Positions 30,745 through 42,688 are shown, counted from the stretch's first letter. The stretch: 64,000 bases of DNA from Myxococcota bacterium (GCA_965140415.1 OZ223209.1:416001-480000); one strand, 5' to 3'. Notes: generated by a model from the letters alone, not told the origin. Numbers and translations are program-made.

Positions 30745-31677
30745 ATGTCCGATAAATCTCGTAGTTCCGAAACGATTACCATTCAGATGTCCCGTCCCGC
30801 CTCCACTGCGTCTGTGTATACCCGAGGCTTGTGGGTTGCCATGTTCCGTCGCCAGGGTGACTTGAGCGATGAGCAGGTTGCAGCCATTCCTTCGTTCACG
30901 GTGGAGATGAACGGCATTACCCCAGATCCCAAGCGTGTGGCGCTGTTCCGGGAAGTTTGCGCAATCGGAGAAGACAACGGCGAATTACCCGCCCTGTTTC
31001 CGGAAACGATGTTCCTTTCGATGATGGCGCGTCTGTTTTCCAACAAACGTTTTCCTTTAAGCCCGTTGGGTTTGATTCACATGAAGCAGTCGGCCATCGT
31101 ACATGAACCGATTGCGACCGGCACGCCTTTGGATCTGCGCGTACATCTGGCGGAACTGGTGAAAACCGAGCGAGGCATTCACATCAATTGCGCGATGGAA
31201 GTCCGCCAGGGCGAAACGCTGTGCTGGGAAGGCATGGCGAATTTCCTGTCTCGCAGCTCAGATACGCGCTCCGGTAAAACCCGCAAGCAGGAAACCAAAA
31301 AGACGCCGCCGCCCGAAGCGCGCAGCACCCTGGAATTAGCAGGCGATCTGGGACGGCGCTTTGCCGCCGGTTCGGGGGACTACAACCCGCATCATCTCTA
31401 TCCCTTTACGGCCAAACTGCTGGGTTACAAACGCCCGATCGCTCATGGTATGTGGACGCTCTCCCGCGCGCTGTCCGAAGTTATGCAGCAACACGCCTTC
31501 GAACGTCCTTTCAAGATCGAAGGCGAATTCAAGCGACCGATCTTTCTGCCTGGGAAAATCAACCTGAGCTTCTCTGAAGATTCGGAAGCGGGTGAAGGAG
31601 CTTTCCGCTTCGGCGCGCATGATCCCAAAAGCGGCGCGCCTCATTTGCTGGGCAGTGTCGCTCCCTATCGCGGATAA
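30745..31677 (+). CDS. MaoC-family (double hotdog) dehydratase / R-specific enoyl-CoA hydratase
   Basis: SGDYNPHH, IAHGMWT, FKRPIFLP. Confidence 0.88.
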   Translation: MSDKSRSSETITIQMSRPASTASVYTRGLWVAMFRRQGDLSDEQVAAIPSFTVEMNGITPDPKRVALFREVCAIGEDNGELPALFPETMFLSMMARLFSNKRFPLSPLGLIHMKQSAIVHEPIATGTPLDLRVHLAELVKTERGIHINCAMEVRQGETLCWEGMANFLSRSSDTRSGKTRKQETKKTPPPEARSTLELAGDLGRRFAAGSGDYNPHHLYPFTAKLLGYKRPIAHGMWTLSRALSEVMQQHAFERPFKIEGEFKRPIFLPGKINLSFSEDSEAGEGAFRFGAHDPKSGAPHLLGSVAPYRG

Positions 31678-31700
31678 AGCCATAGAGCTTTTTGATTTCC

Positions 31701-31726
31701 GTAGCGGCGGAGCGTAAACTCCGCCG
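31701..31726 (+). repeat. GTAG-footed REP-like palindrome between convergent genes
   Basis: GTAG-CGGCGGAG-CGTAAA-CTCCGCCG; related arms at 55970 and 56096. Confidence 0.65.
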
Positions 31727-31733
31727 TGTTCGG

Positions 31734-34700
31734 TTACGAGTTGCGTTCCGGTAAATTATCCAACAACTCGCGCACTTTCAAGGCGAGTTGACTTGGTGTG
31801 TAGGGTTTTTCAAGGAAGTGAATGCCACGATCCAGTACGCCATGCTGGCCGATCGTGTCCTGAGTGTAACCGGATGTAAACAATACCGGCAATTCCGGGC
31901 GCAGGGCACACAGGGCATCCGCCAACTCGCGACCATTCTTTTTCGGCATGATGACATCCGTCAACAGCAGATCGATAGGACCATCATAGTCCTTTGCTAC
32001 ATTCAGAGCGTGTTCTCCGTTCTCAGCTTCCAGTACTTTATAACCAAGCTTGGTCAAGGTTCGAACTGCAATGTTCCTGACCACCGGCTCGTCCTCTGCC
32101 AGCAGAATGACTTCATTGCCTTTCGGTAATCGTTGCAGACCTTGTTTGCGAGGCGCGGAGTCGGCATGATCGGAAACTTTCGGCAACAGAATTTCAAACG
32201 TCGTTCCATTCTCCGGCGATGAAATCACATGAATGTGTCCCTTGTGCTGCTTGACGATACCGAATACGGTAGCCAGTCCCAATCCCGTCCCTTTGCCTTC
32301 CGGTTTGGTTGTAAAGAATGGATCGAAAATGCGCTTGCGGTCTTCTTCATCGATACCGATGCCGTTATCCTGAACCTGTAATCGTACATGTTCCCCGCTA
32401 ACGGTTTCGCCGCAGATGCGACATTGATTCTCATGAAACGTGACATTTGCCGTTCGGAGAATCAGTTTCCCACCATTAGGCATGGCGTCACGCGCATTGA
32501 CCGCCAGGTTGACGATGATCTGCTCCATCTGTCCTGGATCAACGCGCACCTGACCTAGCTTGGAATCCATATCCAATGTCAATTCAATATCTTCGCCGAT
32601 GATTCGCTTCAACATTTTAGATAGCCCGCGAATCTGATCGTTCAGATTGATGATCTTGGGTTGAATGATCTGTTTGCGACTGAAAGCCAGCAATTGTCGT
32701 GTTAAATCCGCCGCCCGGTCGGCGGCACGGGTGATTTCGTTCATGGTTTCATGAAGCGGATTGTTTTGTTCCAGATCCATCTGTGCTAAAGAAATGTTTC
32801 CATTGATCCCGGTAAGCAGATTGTTGAAATCATGAGCAATGCCGCCAGCCAGTCGTCCAACGGCCTCCATTTTCTGAGACTGACGCAGTTGTTCTTCCAG
32901 ACGCGCTTTTTCCTCCTCGGCACGAATGCGATCCGAAATCTCAAAGAACATGACCGCCATTTGGCCAGGAGAAATATTGAAGGCGAAAATTTCGAAATGG
33001 CCGCTTACGATTGTCCCTTGATAGGCAAGCTGCTTTTCAAGTGGAGGACCGCCTTTGGCGATCTGTTCCAAACGCTTGAATACGTGTGGATCATTCAAAC
33101 CGGGAAAGGCATTTCTAAGCGAAAGTCCGATCAATTCGGAAAGATCTCTTTGGGTTAAATAATCTGCTGTCGGATTGGAGTCTGCAAAGACAACTTCCCC
33201 ATCCGTGTTTTCTTCAAAAAGCAGTACGCCCACCGGAGAAGAATTGATGATGTTTCTGAATTGCGCTTCTTTCGCTTGAACCTCTTTTTCTGCCCGTTTC
33301 TGTTCCGTGATATCGCGTACATCCACCAGCATGCCGCTGTGTTTACCATCGGTAAGAACCCTGGCCATATGCACTTCGACCCAAACCGTATAACCATTGC
33401 GGTGAGTGCATTCCACTTCGATGCACTGATTGAGCAATCCGCTTTCGATTAATTGTTCCATTTCCTTTTTCAGAACGTATATATCCTGCTTGATAAATCC
33501 GGCCAGGTAGGCAACATGGTGCCCGACGATTTCCTTGGGAGCGATTCCCAGAATATCTTCGATGCGCGGATTGACGTCGAGACACATTCCCCATTGCGAC
33601 ACCAGCATGATCATATCGTTAGCGCTCTCAAACAATAGCCGATAGCGCTGCTCGCTTTCGCGCAATAAGTGTTCCCGTTGCATGTGGTCGCTGATATCGA
33701 GATGGGTGCCGATCATGCGTTTCGGTTTTCCCTGCTCATCCCATTCTACCGTTTTACCGCGCCCCAGAATCCAGATATGCGAGCCATCGCTGCACACCAT
33801 CCGGAATACCTGCTCGTACACGCCTGTCGGTGATTCCATGTAGCTGGAGAAAGCAGCCAGGGCTTCATCGTGATCTTCCGGATGGATGAGCCGGAGCCAG
33901 TTTTCAACAGTTGGAGTAAACTCGCCGGGTTGATACCCCAGCATGGTGTAAAAACGGGGACTGAAGTAGGCCACCCCGCTTTTCGTATCCAGATCCCAAA
34001 TTCCTTCACGCGTGGCATCCATTGCGTAAGAGAGCCGTTCCTCGCTTTGCAATCGTTCCGCTTCGGCTTTCTTTTGTTTTCGAATATCGCTGATTACTAC
34101 TGCGATGAATCTCGGTTCGCCGTTGAGTTTAGAGCGAATCACAAAAGTGTTAAAGCGAATAGGAATTCTCTCGCCGGTTTGAAAATGGCGTAGGATACCT
34201 TCTCCGGCAAAGGAATCATGCTCGACTGCCTTTGGCAGTACGCCTTCCAGCACGAAAGGCTGTTCTTCTACAGGTAGAAAATCGATGATTTTCAGTTTCT
34301 GCACCTGTTGTGCATCTTTAATGCCCACCATTTTCATGCCGGAAGGATTCAAATAAGTGACCTGCCCGTGCAAGTCTGCTATGCCAATGAAATCCGTGCT
34401 GTTTTCAACCAGGGCCGTTAATTTTTCCTGCTCCTGTCGGTTCTGTTGTTGCTGGGTGATATCCTTAATGATACCGATTACATATTTCGGCGTTCCGGTT
34501 CTATCATCGATGGTCCAGGTGCTTAATTCACCCAGGAAAGAATCGTCGTTGCTACGCAAAAAACGAAGCTGCTGATTGGGAACATGTCCTATATTTCGCA
34601 GTAGAAAAGCATTTTTAATTGCCTGTTCCCTGTCTTCTTCTGCAATAAACGAGCTAAAATGCCGTCCCTGGCTATATTTAGCGGCCTCCACTCCGAAGAG

Positions 34701-35663
34701 ATGTTGCATTGCCGGATTGTACCCGACTACATAACCATTCAGATCGGAGATGGTGACGGCATCGACGGAGTGCTGGAAGATGGCGAAGAATTTTTCTTCG
34801 CTTTCGCGCAATGCATGTTCCGCCAAGCGTTCTTCCGTGATGTCGTGACCGGAAGAAAGAGTACCGCTGACTTCCCCCTGTTCATCGGTTATAAATACAT
34901 TGTGCCAGGCGATGGTGCGTTCTAGACCATTGTAGGTCACAACGGTGCTTTCGTGATAGCTGGAGTTTTTAAGATTCCCTTGAAGAAGCTTGCGGTATAG
35001 CTTGCGGCAGGCTTCCCGATCCCGCTCTACGATGAAACAATCGAACCACTTTTTACCGATGACTTCCTGCTGGGTTCTGCCCAATATGCGGCAGCCCTTA
35101 TGGTTGATCATGGTAACGCGCTCATCCAGGTCCAGGCGCAGGAAAATCACCTCGGCCTGATCCAGACGGGATTGATAGGGAGACACATCATTTCGGCTGA
35201 ACAGGTGTTCGTCTAGAGTTTCCAACCCCATCACCAGAGTGTCACTATCGGGAATCGGTTTCAGGTTACAGCAAAGAAGCAGATTTTTATGACCGTTGCG
35301 CGAAAGACAGAAACGGATGTCTCGTATGGCTTTTCCCGACTCTTTCACAACTGTCCAAGGATGCTCTTCCGGCAGCAGAGGGTGCTTATCCAAACTCGAT
35401 AGTGTCCAGTCGTTTAAGGAATAGGCACCGGATTGAAGCCGATCCTGCGAAAGCTCCAGCAAGCTACAGGCAACTTCATTGGCGGAAACGATAATGTTGT
35501 GCTTGTCGATAATCAACATGGCGCCGGGACAAGCATTCAGTAGGCGGTTAACACTCGCCGTTTCCGAAACGGAATCGTTTCCGTTTTCCAATTCTTTGAT
35601 ACGGGATTGGGCGCGATCCAGTTGTTTGAGTAGTTCAGTGATGCGTTTCTGTGAGGCGTCCAT
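31734..35663 (-). CDS. Multi-PAS hybrid sensor histidine kinase / receiver
   Basis: About 6 PAS/PAC repeats, [12 protein letters not shown]-box, NARDAM, PFFTTK, GTGLGL, receiver LLAEDE...LTDVIMP. Confidence 0.95.
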   Translation of the reverse strand: MDASQKRITELLKQLDRAQSRIKELENGNDSVSETASVNRLLNACPGAMLIIDKHNIIVSANEVACSLLELSQDRLQSGAYSLNDWTLSSLDKHPLLPEEHPWTVVKESGKAIRDIRFCLSRNGHKNLLLCCNLKPIPDSDTLVMGLETLDEHLFSRNDVSPYQSRLDQAEVIFLRLDLDERVTMINHKGCRILGRTQQEVIGKKWFDCFIVERDREACRKLYRKLLQGNLKNSSYHESTVVTYNGLERTIAWHNVFITDEQGEVSGTLSSGHDITEERLAEHALRESEEKFFAIFQHSVDAVTISDLNGYVVGYNPAMQHLFGVEAAKYSQGRHFSSFIAEEDREQAIKNAFLLRNIGHVPNQQLRFLRSNDDSFLGELSTWTIDDRTGTPKYVIGIIKDITQQQQNRQEQEKLTALVENSTDFIGIADLHGQVTYLNPSGMKMVGIKDAQQVQKLKIIDFLPVEEQPFVLEGVLPKAVEHDSFAGEGILRHFQTGERIPIRFNTFVIRSKLNGEPRFIAVVISDIRKQKKAEAERLQSEERLSYAMDATREGIWDLDTKSGVAYFSPRFYTMLGYQPGEFTPTVENWLRLIHPEDHDEALAAFSSYMESPTGVYEQVFRMVCSDGSHIWILGRGKTVEWDEQGKPKRMIGTHLDISDHMQREHLLRESEQRYRLLFESANDMIMLVSQWGMCLDVNPRIEDILGIAPKEIVGHHVAYLAGFIKQDIYVLKKEMEQLIESGLLNQCIEVECTHRNGYTVWVEVHMARVLTDGKHSGMLVDVRDITEQKRAEKEVQAKEAQFRNIINSSPVGVLLFEENTDGEVVFADSNPTADYLTQRDLSELIGLSLRNAFPGLNDPHVFKRLEQIAKGGPPLEKQLAYQGTIVSGHFEIFAFNISPGQMAVMFFEISDRIRAEEEKARLEEQLRQSQKMEAVGRLAGGIAHDFNNLLTGINGNISLAQMDLEQNNPLHETMNEITRAADRAADLTRQLLAFSRKQIIQPKIINLNDQIRGLSKMLKRIIGEDIELTLDMDSKLGQVRVDPGQMEQIIVNLAVNARDAMPNGGKLILRTANVTFHENQCRICGETVSGEHVRLQVQDNGIGIDEEDRKRIFDPFFTTKPEGKGTGLGLATVFGIVKQHKGHIHVISSPENGTTFEILLPKVSDHADSAPRKQGLQRLPKGNEVILLAEDEPVVRNIAVRTLTKLGYKVLEAENGEHALNVAKDYDGPIDLLLTDVIMPKKNGRELADALCALRPELPVLFTSGYTQDTIGQHGVLDRGIHFLEKPYTPSQLALKVRELLDNLPERNS

Positions 35664-35818
35664 GATTGATTCCAAATGTGGTTCAGCTAGAGATTGCAGG
35701 ATATGTCGTAAGCAGCATGAAAGAGCGATTGGTCACATGAAAAACAACTTTTTTGAGCATACCATTTTGGCAAGCTGGCAACAAGCGAATTATACACAGG
35801 TGTAAGATTTACTTTCGC

Positions 35819-36622
35819 TTACTCACCGGGAATGTACATCCGAGGGATACCATCGGGAAAGGGGAGCTGAAAGGTTTGAGGATCGATCGTTCCGTTGAGA
35901 GTGGGTTTGGAGCGCAGGGTCAACGTCAGCACCGTTTCACTTTGAGGATGCTCGACTTTGATGTAGCCGGGAAAAGCAAGTTGTTCCTCGCCGCGCACCT
36001 GCCAGTTCAGATAAGTCACCTGATAACGCACGCTTTTATCTTCCTGCACCACCCGAATCCGATACAGCTCGCCTTCGCGGTCGAACCAGAAGATTTGTTT
36101 GAGTCCTTGATCTGTAGCAAGAATGGAGAAACGATAATGCTTGGTTTCCGGATCGTATACCGGGCGCGTGGCACCACCGGGAAGGATAATCGGAGTCGCG
36201 CACAAAAGCGGCACCAGTTCCGTGGGTAAGATCGTCCAGCGCAAGACATCCCGCATCGCCTTGGATGTAACCGGCCCGAATAGCACACGTTTTTCTCGAA
36301 TATCGAAATATCGGAATTCGTCGCGGGTGTTGGTCCAGATGCCGAGCATTCCGGTGGGACCGGTCAATTCGAAGGTGGCGTCGCCGGGTTTTCGCACGAC
36401 CCAGATCAATTCCGCGCGTTCGTGGCGGCCTTCATGAAAAAACTCGAATTTGCTGTCGGCTTCCACGGAGTGGATCTGTCCGCCCCGTTTATGAAGTTTA
36501 GTCAGCAATTCTTTTGCACCGATGGGCGCAGGTGCTTGCTCTTGCTTGGGAGACAAGGTCTGACAGGCGCATAGCAGCATGGCCAGCACGATGAAAACGA
36601 ACGTTGTCGTGGCGGCTTTCAT
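35819..36622 (-). CDS. Lipoprotein, LolB/DUF4292-like
   Basis: Lipobox LLCAC, beta-rich; ATGA-coupled to TPR gene. Confidence 0.65.
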   Translation of the reverse strand: MKAATTTFVFIVLAMLLCACQTLSPKQEQAPAPIGAKELLTKLHKRGGQIHSVEADSKFEFFHEGRHERAELIWVVRKPGDATFELTGPTGMLGIWTNTRDEFRYFDIREKRVLFGPVTSKAMRDVLRWTILPTELVPLLCATPIILPGGATRPVYDPETKHYRFSILATDQGLKQIFWFDREGELYRIRVVQEDKSVRYQVTYLNWQVRGEEQLAFPGYIKVEHPQSETVLTLTLRSKPTLNGTIDPQTFQLPFPDGIPRMYIPGE

Positions 36623-38433
36623 GGCTGCTTCTCCGGCGGTGCGAGGCGCAGACGCAACATCGGCCACAAGTCGGGGAAAGCCGCTGTGAACTCATCAAGC
36701 AGCGCCGCCGGACGAATTTCCAGCGCGGCGGCTTGTTCCAGCACCTGGCGCAGCTTCTCTTCTCGATTCCCCTGATCTCGCAGCACCAGCGCCAGATGAA
36801 ACAGAATTTCCGCTTCGAAAGGTTCGATCATGGCCGCCAGTAAAAGCCATGTTTCGGCTTGTTCCAGATCGCCGCGATGATAGTAAACCCAGCCTAAGCT
36901 ATCGATAATATAGCCCTCTCCGGGTTTCTGCTGCAATGCCTTGCGCACCATGGCTTCCGCCTCGTCCAGTCGCTCACCCCGTTGCGCAAGGCTATAGCCG
37001 ACAAAATTCAAGGCATTGGCGTGATCGGGCTGAATCGACAGCAATGTCTGCATGGTTTCCAGCGCGCGGTCTTGCTGGTGATCTTCTTCGAGCATCATCG
37101 CCAATAAATAAAGCAATTCCGGGTTTTGCGGCAAACGTTGCAAGCCAAGTTGCAGTGTTTCCAGCGATTTCTGCATGCGTCCGGTATCACGAAAATAATT
37201 GGCCAGACTGCGATAGGTTTCCACATCGTCAGTCATGGTTTCGATTAAATGCTCGGCCAACTCGTCTGCTTTTGCTTTGTGGGCCAACTCCCACTGACAG
37301 CGGGCCATCTCCGCCTGCGACAGCGCATAATAGCGGCTGTTGTGTCTGGAAATGGGAGAAAAGGCAGACAGTGCCTTGGCGTATTGTTTGGCCTGCACCA
37401 ACGACCAGCCCCAGAAATAGCGAGCCCCGGCGTCGCCGAATTCAACTGCCAACGATTGAAACTGTTTCGCCGCCAGCACAAAACGTCCGGCTTCCGCATA
37501 AGCCAAACCGATAGAAAAGCGGATGCGCTCCCCGGTTTCATCCAGGCTTTCGGCTTCGTCGAAGTGTTTGCGTGCCTGTTGCAGGTCGCCACCCTGAAGA
37601 TAAAATTGGCCGATCTTCAATGGAATCAACGAGTTGGGAGGCAACAGGTTTTCCAACCGCTGAAAGAGTTTGATCGCCTGATCGAAGCGCCTCGTGCGGC
37701 TGTACCAGGTGGAAAGCTGTTCGATGGCCACCAGGTTTTCCGGGTCCAGTTCCAGCAGCCGAATCAAAGTCTGCTCCAGTTTGACGTATTCCTGTTGCTG
37801 CTGGTAAAGCTTGGTCAGTACCGAAAGAGATTCGAAATGAGTCGGACTGCGCTTTAGGATGTTCTCCAGAAAGCGGGTCATCCCTTCGATACCCTGCTCC
37901 ATGAAAACGAGTTCCGCCCGGTGCCGGATGGCATCGTCGTTAACCGGGTCCAGTTCGATGACGCGATCGAAATAGGCGGCGGCATCTTGAAAACGATTTT
38001 CAGCCAGCGCGATCTGTCCGAGAATCAGCACAGGTTCAATGAAGCGCTCGTCGAGTTGCTGTGCCTGTTTCAGGCTTGCGATACTCGTCTGCACCTGCCC
38101 GGAAGCCAGTAACAGCATCCCCAGTTCGTAATGCAGTCGTGCCGAGCCATTGTCGAAGGCCAGCGCCAGGCGCATCTGATCGACGGCTTCCAGGTAGCGT
38201 TTTTCATACTGCAACTGTTTGGCGTAGAAAAAGTGCTGATACGCTCCGGCAGGCGGATAGCTTTGTTCTTCTCCCACCTGCTCAGACGTCCCAGACACAT
38301 CCGCAGGGCGTAACGCCGGTTGCACGGCGCATCCGGCGATCAGCGCCAGGGCTAACCCGAGCAGAAAAAGGGCGATCCCGAGTCGTGTCAGGTTGTTACC
38401 GCTTACAACGGGTGGCCGGAGTGGATAAGGCAT
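36619..38433 (-). CDS. Tetratricopeptide-repeat lipoprotein
   Basis: LIAGC lipobox, many TPRs, ALNFVGYSLA...YIIDSLGWVYY. Confidence 0.9.
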   Translation of the reverse strand: MPYPLRPPVVSGNNLTRLGIALFLLGLALALIAGCAVQPALRPADVSGTSEQVGEEQSYPPAGAYQHFFYAKQLQYEKRYLEAVDQMRLALAFDNGSARLHYELGMLLLASGQVQTSIASLKQAQQLDERFIEPVLILGQIALAENRFQDAAAYFDRVIELDPVNDDAIRHRAELVFMEQGIEGMTRFLENILKRSPTHFESLSVLTKLYQQQQEYVKLEQTLIRLLELDPENLVAIEQLSTWYSRTRRFDQAIKLFQRLENLLPPNSLIPLKIGQFYLQGGDLQQARKHFDEAESLDETGERIRFSIGLAYAEAGRFVLAAKQFQSLAVEFGDAGARYFWGWSLVQAKQYAKALSAFSPISRHNSRYYALSQAEMARCQWELAHKAKADELAEHLIETMTDDVETYRSLANYFRDTGRMQKSLETLQLGLQRLPQNPELLYLLAMMLEEDHQQDRALETMQTLLSIQPDHANALNFVGYSLAQRGERLDEAEAMVRKALQQKPGEGYIIDSLGWVYYHRGDLEQAETWLLLAAMIEPFEAEILFHLALVLRDQGNREEKLRQVLEQAAALEIRPAALLDEFTAAFPDLWPMLRLRLAPPEKQP

Positions 38434-38449
38434 GTACGAAAACGTACGG

Positions 38450-38695
38450 CTAGCTTTCGGCGCCCGTAGCGGAATTGTTGGATTCTTCGGCGGGTAGGCT
38501 GGCTTGACGCTTTTGCTCGCGTTCCAGGATTTCTTCAGCCTGATCGACACCGATCGGTTCGGCTTTTTCTTGCGCATCCGGCAGGCTATCCAGATATTTC
38601 TGGTATTCCTCGTTAGTGAGGTATTCTTTTTTGAGGTTGCGTTTCACCGAGCGCACATCGTAAAGGGAGGGTGTTTTCTCCACTTTTGCTGTCAT
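38450..38695 (-). CDS. Small hypothetical protein
   Basis: RBS AAGGAG; LYDVRSVKRNLKK...EEYQKYLDSLPD. Confidence 0.75.
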   Translation of the reverse strand: MTAKVEKTPSLYDVRSVKRNLKKEYLTNEEYQKYLDSLPDAQEKAEPIGVDQAEEILEREQKRQASLPAEESNNSATGAES

Positions 38696-38947
38696 GTTTC
38701 TTCTCCTTCAACCCAGTCGGCGATTAAAGTTATTGCGCCGAATTGAGAAACTCCCTTTCATACATGCTAACCCTCGATTTGTCAAGGAGTTACACTATCG
38801 TGCGGATCTCTATTCCATTTGCGAGCGAGGGCGTGATTCAGATGCTTGCGTGCGCTGTTAAATCGTGGATAATAGCGGAGAACTTGTTTTGTGTTTCCCA
38901 GCTTGTTCGGATACCGGGCAGGCACTGATAAAAAGGCTATCTTCATC

Positions 38948-39631
38948 ATGCGCCCCTATGTCCAATCTATCTTGTTGCTATTATTGTCTTTTTCGCTTTC
39001 GGTGCTCGCGATTTCCTGTGCGCATCATGAGCCGCCGCATCGACCTTCGCCGTATGTGATGGAGGGAAAAGAGGGTGTCTTTTTAAATACCTTCACCTTG
39101 CAGCAGGGGGATTTTCCGATTCTGGGAGGACCGGAGCAGCTGCATGACGCACCCGAATACGAGCGTTTGCCCGACCGCAAAACCGTCGTCCGAATCGCCA
39201 AGCGCTTCAAAGAACACGGCTATTTTCTGAGAAAGGATTATCCCTTTAATTTCGGTAAGATCCACGTCAAGCTGGACGGCTACGACCCCAAGCATTACGT
39301 CGGCTTCATCTTTGTTTCGAAAGACGATTACGAAGAACCCAAGCAGCCGCCCGATGCATTGGAATCGCGGCAGAGTTATTTTTACACCGAAAAAGATCCG
39401 TCCCGCATTTCCGTCCCGGAACTGCTGATGCTCGAACAATTGAATGGTCAGGAACGGGCTTACATCGCGTTGATCAATGCGCATCAGTTCACCTGGCCCG
39501 TTGGAGAAGCCGACCAACAGGAAGTGATGGAAAAACGCCTGCAAGCGCGGGTGGATCTGTACCTTTCCTGGGTGGATGCGCGCCTGGCCAAACGTGCCGA
39601 ACAGGAAGCTGCGAAAAAAGAGGAACCCTGA
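38948..39631 (+). CDS. Hypothetical lipoprotein
   Basis: Signal ending LAISC; stop overlaps next start. Confidence 0.7.
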   Translation: MRPYVQSILLLLLSFSLSVLAISCAHHEPPHRPSPYVMEGKEGVFLNTFTLQQGDFPILGGPEQLHDAPEYERLPDRKTVVRIAKRFKEHGYFLRKDYPFNFGKIHVKLDGYDPKHYVGFIFVSKDDYEEPKQPPDALESRQSYFYTEKDPSRISVPELLMLEQLNGQERAYIALINAHQFTWPVGEADQQEVMEKRLQARVDLYLSWVDARLAKRAEQEAAKKEEP

Positions 39632-42474
39632 TGTCTGCCCAAGAGCAGCGAAAGAAACTGTTGCAGGTCTTAGCGGGGCGCTTTAAGGGACGCATTCACG
39701 CCGATAGCCTGGGCCGCAGGCTGTTTTCCACCGATGCGTCGATTTACATGGTCGAACCGCTTTTAGCCGCCGTCCCGCGCGACGAAGAAGACCTCGTCAC
39801 CGCGTTTCGTGCCTGCCAAGAGTTGGGCATCGGCCTGCATCCGCGTGGCGGGGCGACAGGCTTGGCGGGTGAATCGCTGGGACCGGGCTTGGTGCTGGAC
39901 TGTCACCCGGCTTTTCGTCGTATCGACCGCATCGACCCGGATCATCGCCGGGTGCGTGTGGGTTGCGGAGTGACGCTGTCCGAATTGAATCGGGCTGTGG
40001 CATTGCATGGCTTGAAGTTCGGCCCGGACCCGTCCTCGGGTACGCGCGCCACCATCGGCGGCATGATCGGTACCAATGCCACCGGTACGCATTCGCTGGA
40101 TTACGGCTACACCGGCGATCACCTGATCCAGGCGCGAGTTCTGACCTCGGCTGGCGAGATCGTGACCTTGCAGCCGGGAGATTTGGAATCATTACCGGGT
40201 GGCTGGAAGGAAGCGGCCCGGATCTGCCGCGAACGGCAGGAGATCATTGAAAACGGATATCCGCAACAGCATCGCAATCGCTGCGGCTACAATCTGCGTG
40301 TCTGGCAGGATGAGCAGGTCAATCCGCTGCGCCTGTTGGCGGGAGCGGAAGGCACCCTGGGACTGCTGCTGGACGCCACCCTGGATCTGTCGCCGGTTTA
40401 CGGCCATACCGGCCTGGCGCTGTTCTGTTTCGACAGCGTGCGCGATGCCTGCGAAGCGGTCAAGCCGTTGATGCGCCACCGGCCTTCGGGCTTGGAACTG
40501 ATCGACTATCACATTCTGGCAATGGGAAGGCGCTTCGATCCGATCATCGATGAACTTCTACCCGAACACACCCAGGCGGTGTTATTGGGTGAATGGAGCG
40601 GGGAAAACGAAGACGACGTGCGCGCCCGCATGGCCGCACCGCTTCGCGAGATGCGCGCATCGGACTCTGCCGCCAGCGACGTGCGCGAGGCGCATAACGC
40701 AAAAGACGCCGCCCGCCTGTGGCTGATCCGGCGCGAGGCGGAAGCCCTGATCATGAATCGTCCCGGTCGCACTCATGCCATCAGCTTCATCGAAGACGCC
40801 GCCCTGCCTCACGAGCGCTTGATTGAACTGTTCGACATTACCGAACGCGTGCTGGACGAACACGGCCTGGAATGGGCGACCTTCGGTCACGCCGGACCGG
40901 GCGAATTGCACACGAAAGTCTATATCGATCTGCATGAACCCGCAGATTATGCCCGACTCGTTCAGGCCGCAGATACGTTTTACAGCGCCGTAATCGCCGC
41001 AGGCGGTTCGATTTCGGGCGAGCATGGCGACGGCCTGGCGCGTTCCCCCTTTATTCAACGGCAGTATCCCGAATTGTTCGAAACCATGGGTCAGGTCAAG
41101 CAGGCCATCGATCCGCACAACACATTCAATCCGGGACGAAAAACCGTTTCCTTCAAGGAGCACCCGGCGCTCTCGCACACGCGCTTGTCCGGTCGCTCTG
41201 CCTGGGCGGCCACAAGACCCGAACTGCGTTTCGATGAAGGCGAATTCGAGAAAAGTTCGGAAGCCTGTCACGGTTGCGGCGCTTGCCGCAATGTCGGGCC
41301 GGAGCTTTCGATGTGCCCCCTGTTTCGCGTGACGCACGACGAGTTGGCCAGTCCGCGAGCCAAGGGAAACGTAGCGCGGCTGACATTGTTCGGACCGGAA
41401 ACCGCCTCGGCGCGGATGAGTAAAACGGCCAAAGCGGTTGCCGAGTATTGCTTCAACTGCAAACTCTGTCGAGTGCAATGCCCGAGTCACGTAGACATTC
41501 CCAAGCTGATACTGGAATTAAAGGCCGAACACGCGCGCGAACACGGATTGAGCTTGGGTCAACGCCTGCTGGCTGCGTCCGATTCGTTCATGCAGGTTGC
41601 GGGTTACCTTCCGGGGCTCGATCATGCCCTGCAACACTCCACGCTGCTTCGTGAGGTTACAGAACGCCTTACGGGGCTGGATCGAAGCGCACCCATGCCG
41701 CACTTGGAACGTGGCAGTTTCTATCAGAAAGCGACCGCGCTGCGTCAGCCGCAAAGCAAACGCCGCCTGTTGTACTTCGCCGACTCGATGGTGCTCTACA
41801 GCGATCATCAACTGGGCCTGGATTTCATCCGGCTGGCAAACGCCTTCGGCTGGGAGGTGATTCCCTATACCTTCGGAGGCAGCGGCCTGCCTGCCCTGGA
41901 TGTCGGCGACCTCCCGCGCGTGCGTTCAATCGTGCAGCAGCACCTTGCCAATCTGGCTCCTTATGTCGCGCGATCATTGCCTATTGTCTGTTCGGAACCG
42001 AGCGCGGCTCTCATGATCAAAGAGGAATGGCCGCTCGTCACGCAGAATCCGTTGGCGAAACAGGTATCCGAGCTGGTGCGGGAGGCCACGGATTTTCTGG
42101 CCGAGCAGATCGACGAATTACCCACACCGCTGCCTCTAAAAGAGCGCTCCTTGCGTCTGGCGCATCACGCTCCCTGTCATTTGCAGGCGCTGGGCTTGAA
42201 CCGTCCAGTAAAACGCCTGATCGAAAACATTCCGAAAGCGGAATTGATTCCGGTGGATCAGGGCTGTTGTGGGATTGCCGGAACCTATGGAATCTTGAAG
42301 GAAAACCGGGCGCGGTCGTTACAGATCGGTGCGGAACTGTTTACGGAATTGGCTACTGGCAACTACGACCGGGTGTTGTGCGAATGCTCCACCTGCCGGA
42401 TGCAGATTCAGTCCGCCGTTGCAAATGCCATCGTGCAGCATCCGTTGCAGTTTCTGGCGCAGTCCTTGACTTGA
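39631..42474 (+). CDS. FAD-linked oxidase with 4Fe-4S and CCG domains (2-hydroxyacid dehydrogenase-like)
   Basis: PRGGATGLAG, ATIGGMIG, GAEGTLG, SGEHGDG, CHGCGAC, CFNCKLCRVQCP, CCGIAG. Confidence 0.92.
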   Translation: MSAQEQRKKLLQVLAGRFKGRIHADSLGRRLFSTDASIYMVEPLLAAVPRDEEDLVTAFRACQELGIGLHPRGGATGLAGESLGPGLVLDCHPAFRRIDRIDPDHRRVRVGCGVTLSELNRAVALHGLKFGPDPSSGTRATIGGMIGTNATGTHSLDYGYTGDHLIQARVLTSAGEIVTLQPGDLESLPGGWKEAARICRERQEIIENGYPQQHRNRCGYNLRVWQDEQVNPLRLLAGAEGTLGLLLDATLDLSPVYGHTGLALFCFDSVRDACEAVKPLMRHRPSGLELIDYHILAMGRRFDPIIDELLPEHTQAVLLGEWSGENEDDVRARMAAPLREMRASDSAASDVREAHNAKDAARLWLIRREAEALIMNRPGRTHAISFIEDAALPHERLIELFDITERVLDEHGLEWATFGHAGPGELHTKVYIDLHEPADYARLVQAADTFYSAVIAAGGSISGEHGDGLARSPFIQRQYPELFETMGQVKQAIDPHNTFNPGRKTVSFKEHPALSHTRLSGRSAWAATRPELRFDEGEFEKSSEACHGCGACRNVGPELSMCPLFRVTHDELASPRAKGNVARLTLFGPETASARMSKTAKAVAEYCFNCKLCRVQCPSHVDIPKLILELKAEHAREHGLSLGQRLLAASDSFMQVAGYLPGLDHALQHSTLLREVTERLTGLDRSAPMPHLERGSFYQKATALRQPQSKRRLLYFADSMVLYSDHQLGLDFIRLANAFGWEVIPYTFGGSGLPALDVGDLPRVRSIVQQHLANLAPYVARSLPIVCSEPSAALMIKEEWPLVTQNPLAKQVSELVREATDFLAEQIDELPTPLPLKERSLRLAHHAPCHLQALGLNRPVKRLIENIPKAELIPVDQGCCGIAGTYGILKENRARSLQIGAELFTELATGNYDRVLCECSTCRMQIQSAVANAIVQHPLQFLAQSLT

Positions 42475-42499
42475 TTTCTCGCTTCGATATCGCACATTT

Positions 42500-42612
42500 C
42501 AAGAAATTGCAAACCCGTCTGATTTCAGGGTGGCGCGGGCCAAGCCATAGGCTTGCCCGTGTTCGAAATCTACATGGGCAAGCTCCGTTTCTCTTCGCTT
42601 CGCCCATGCCAC
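42500..42612 (+). repeat. REPIN-like element copy A (113 bp)
   Basis: 14 mismatches in 113 bp against the reverse complement of 53718-53830 (hand alignment); two inverted hairpins. Confidence 0.88.
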
Positions 42613-42688
42613 TCTCCTCGACAAATCACAAAATCGCTAAATAGAACGAGGTATAATAATTTCCTCTTTGTTTCGATGTTTTCTTTCT

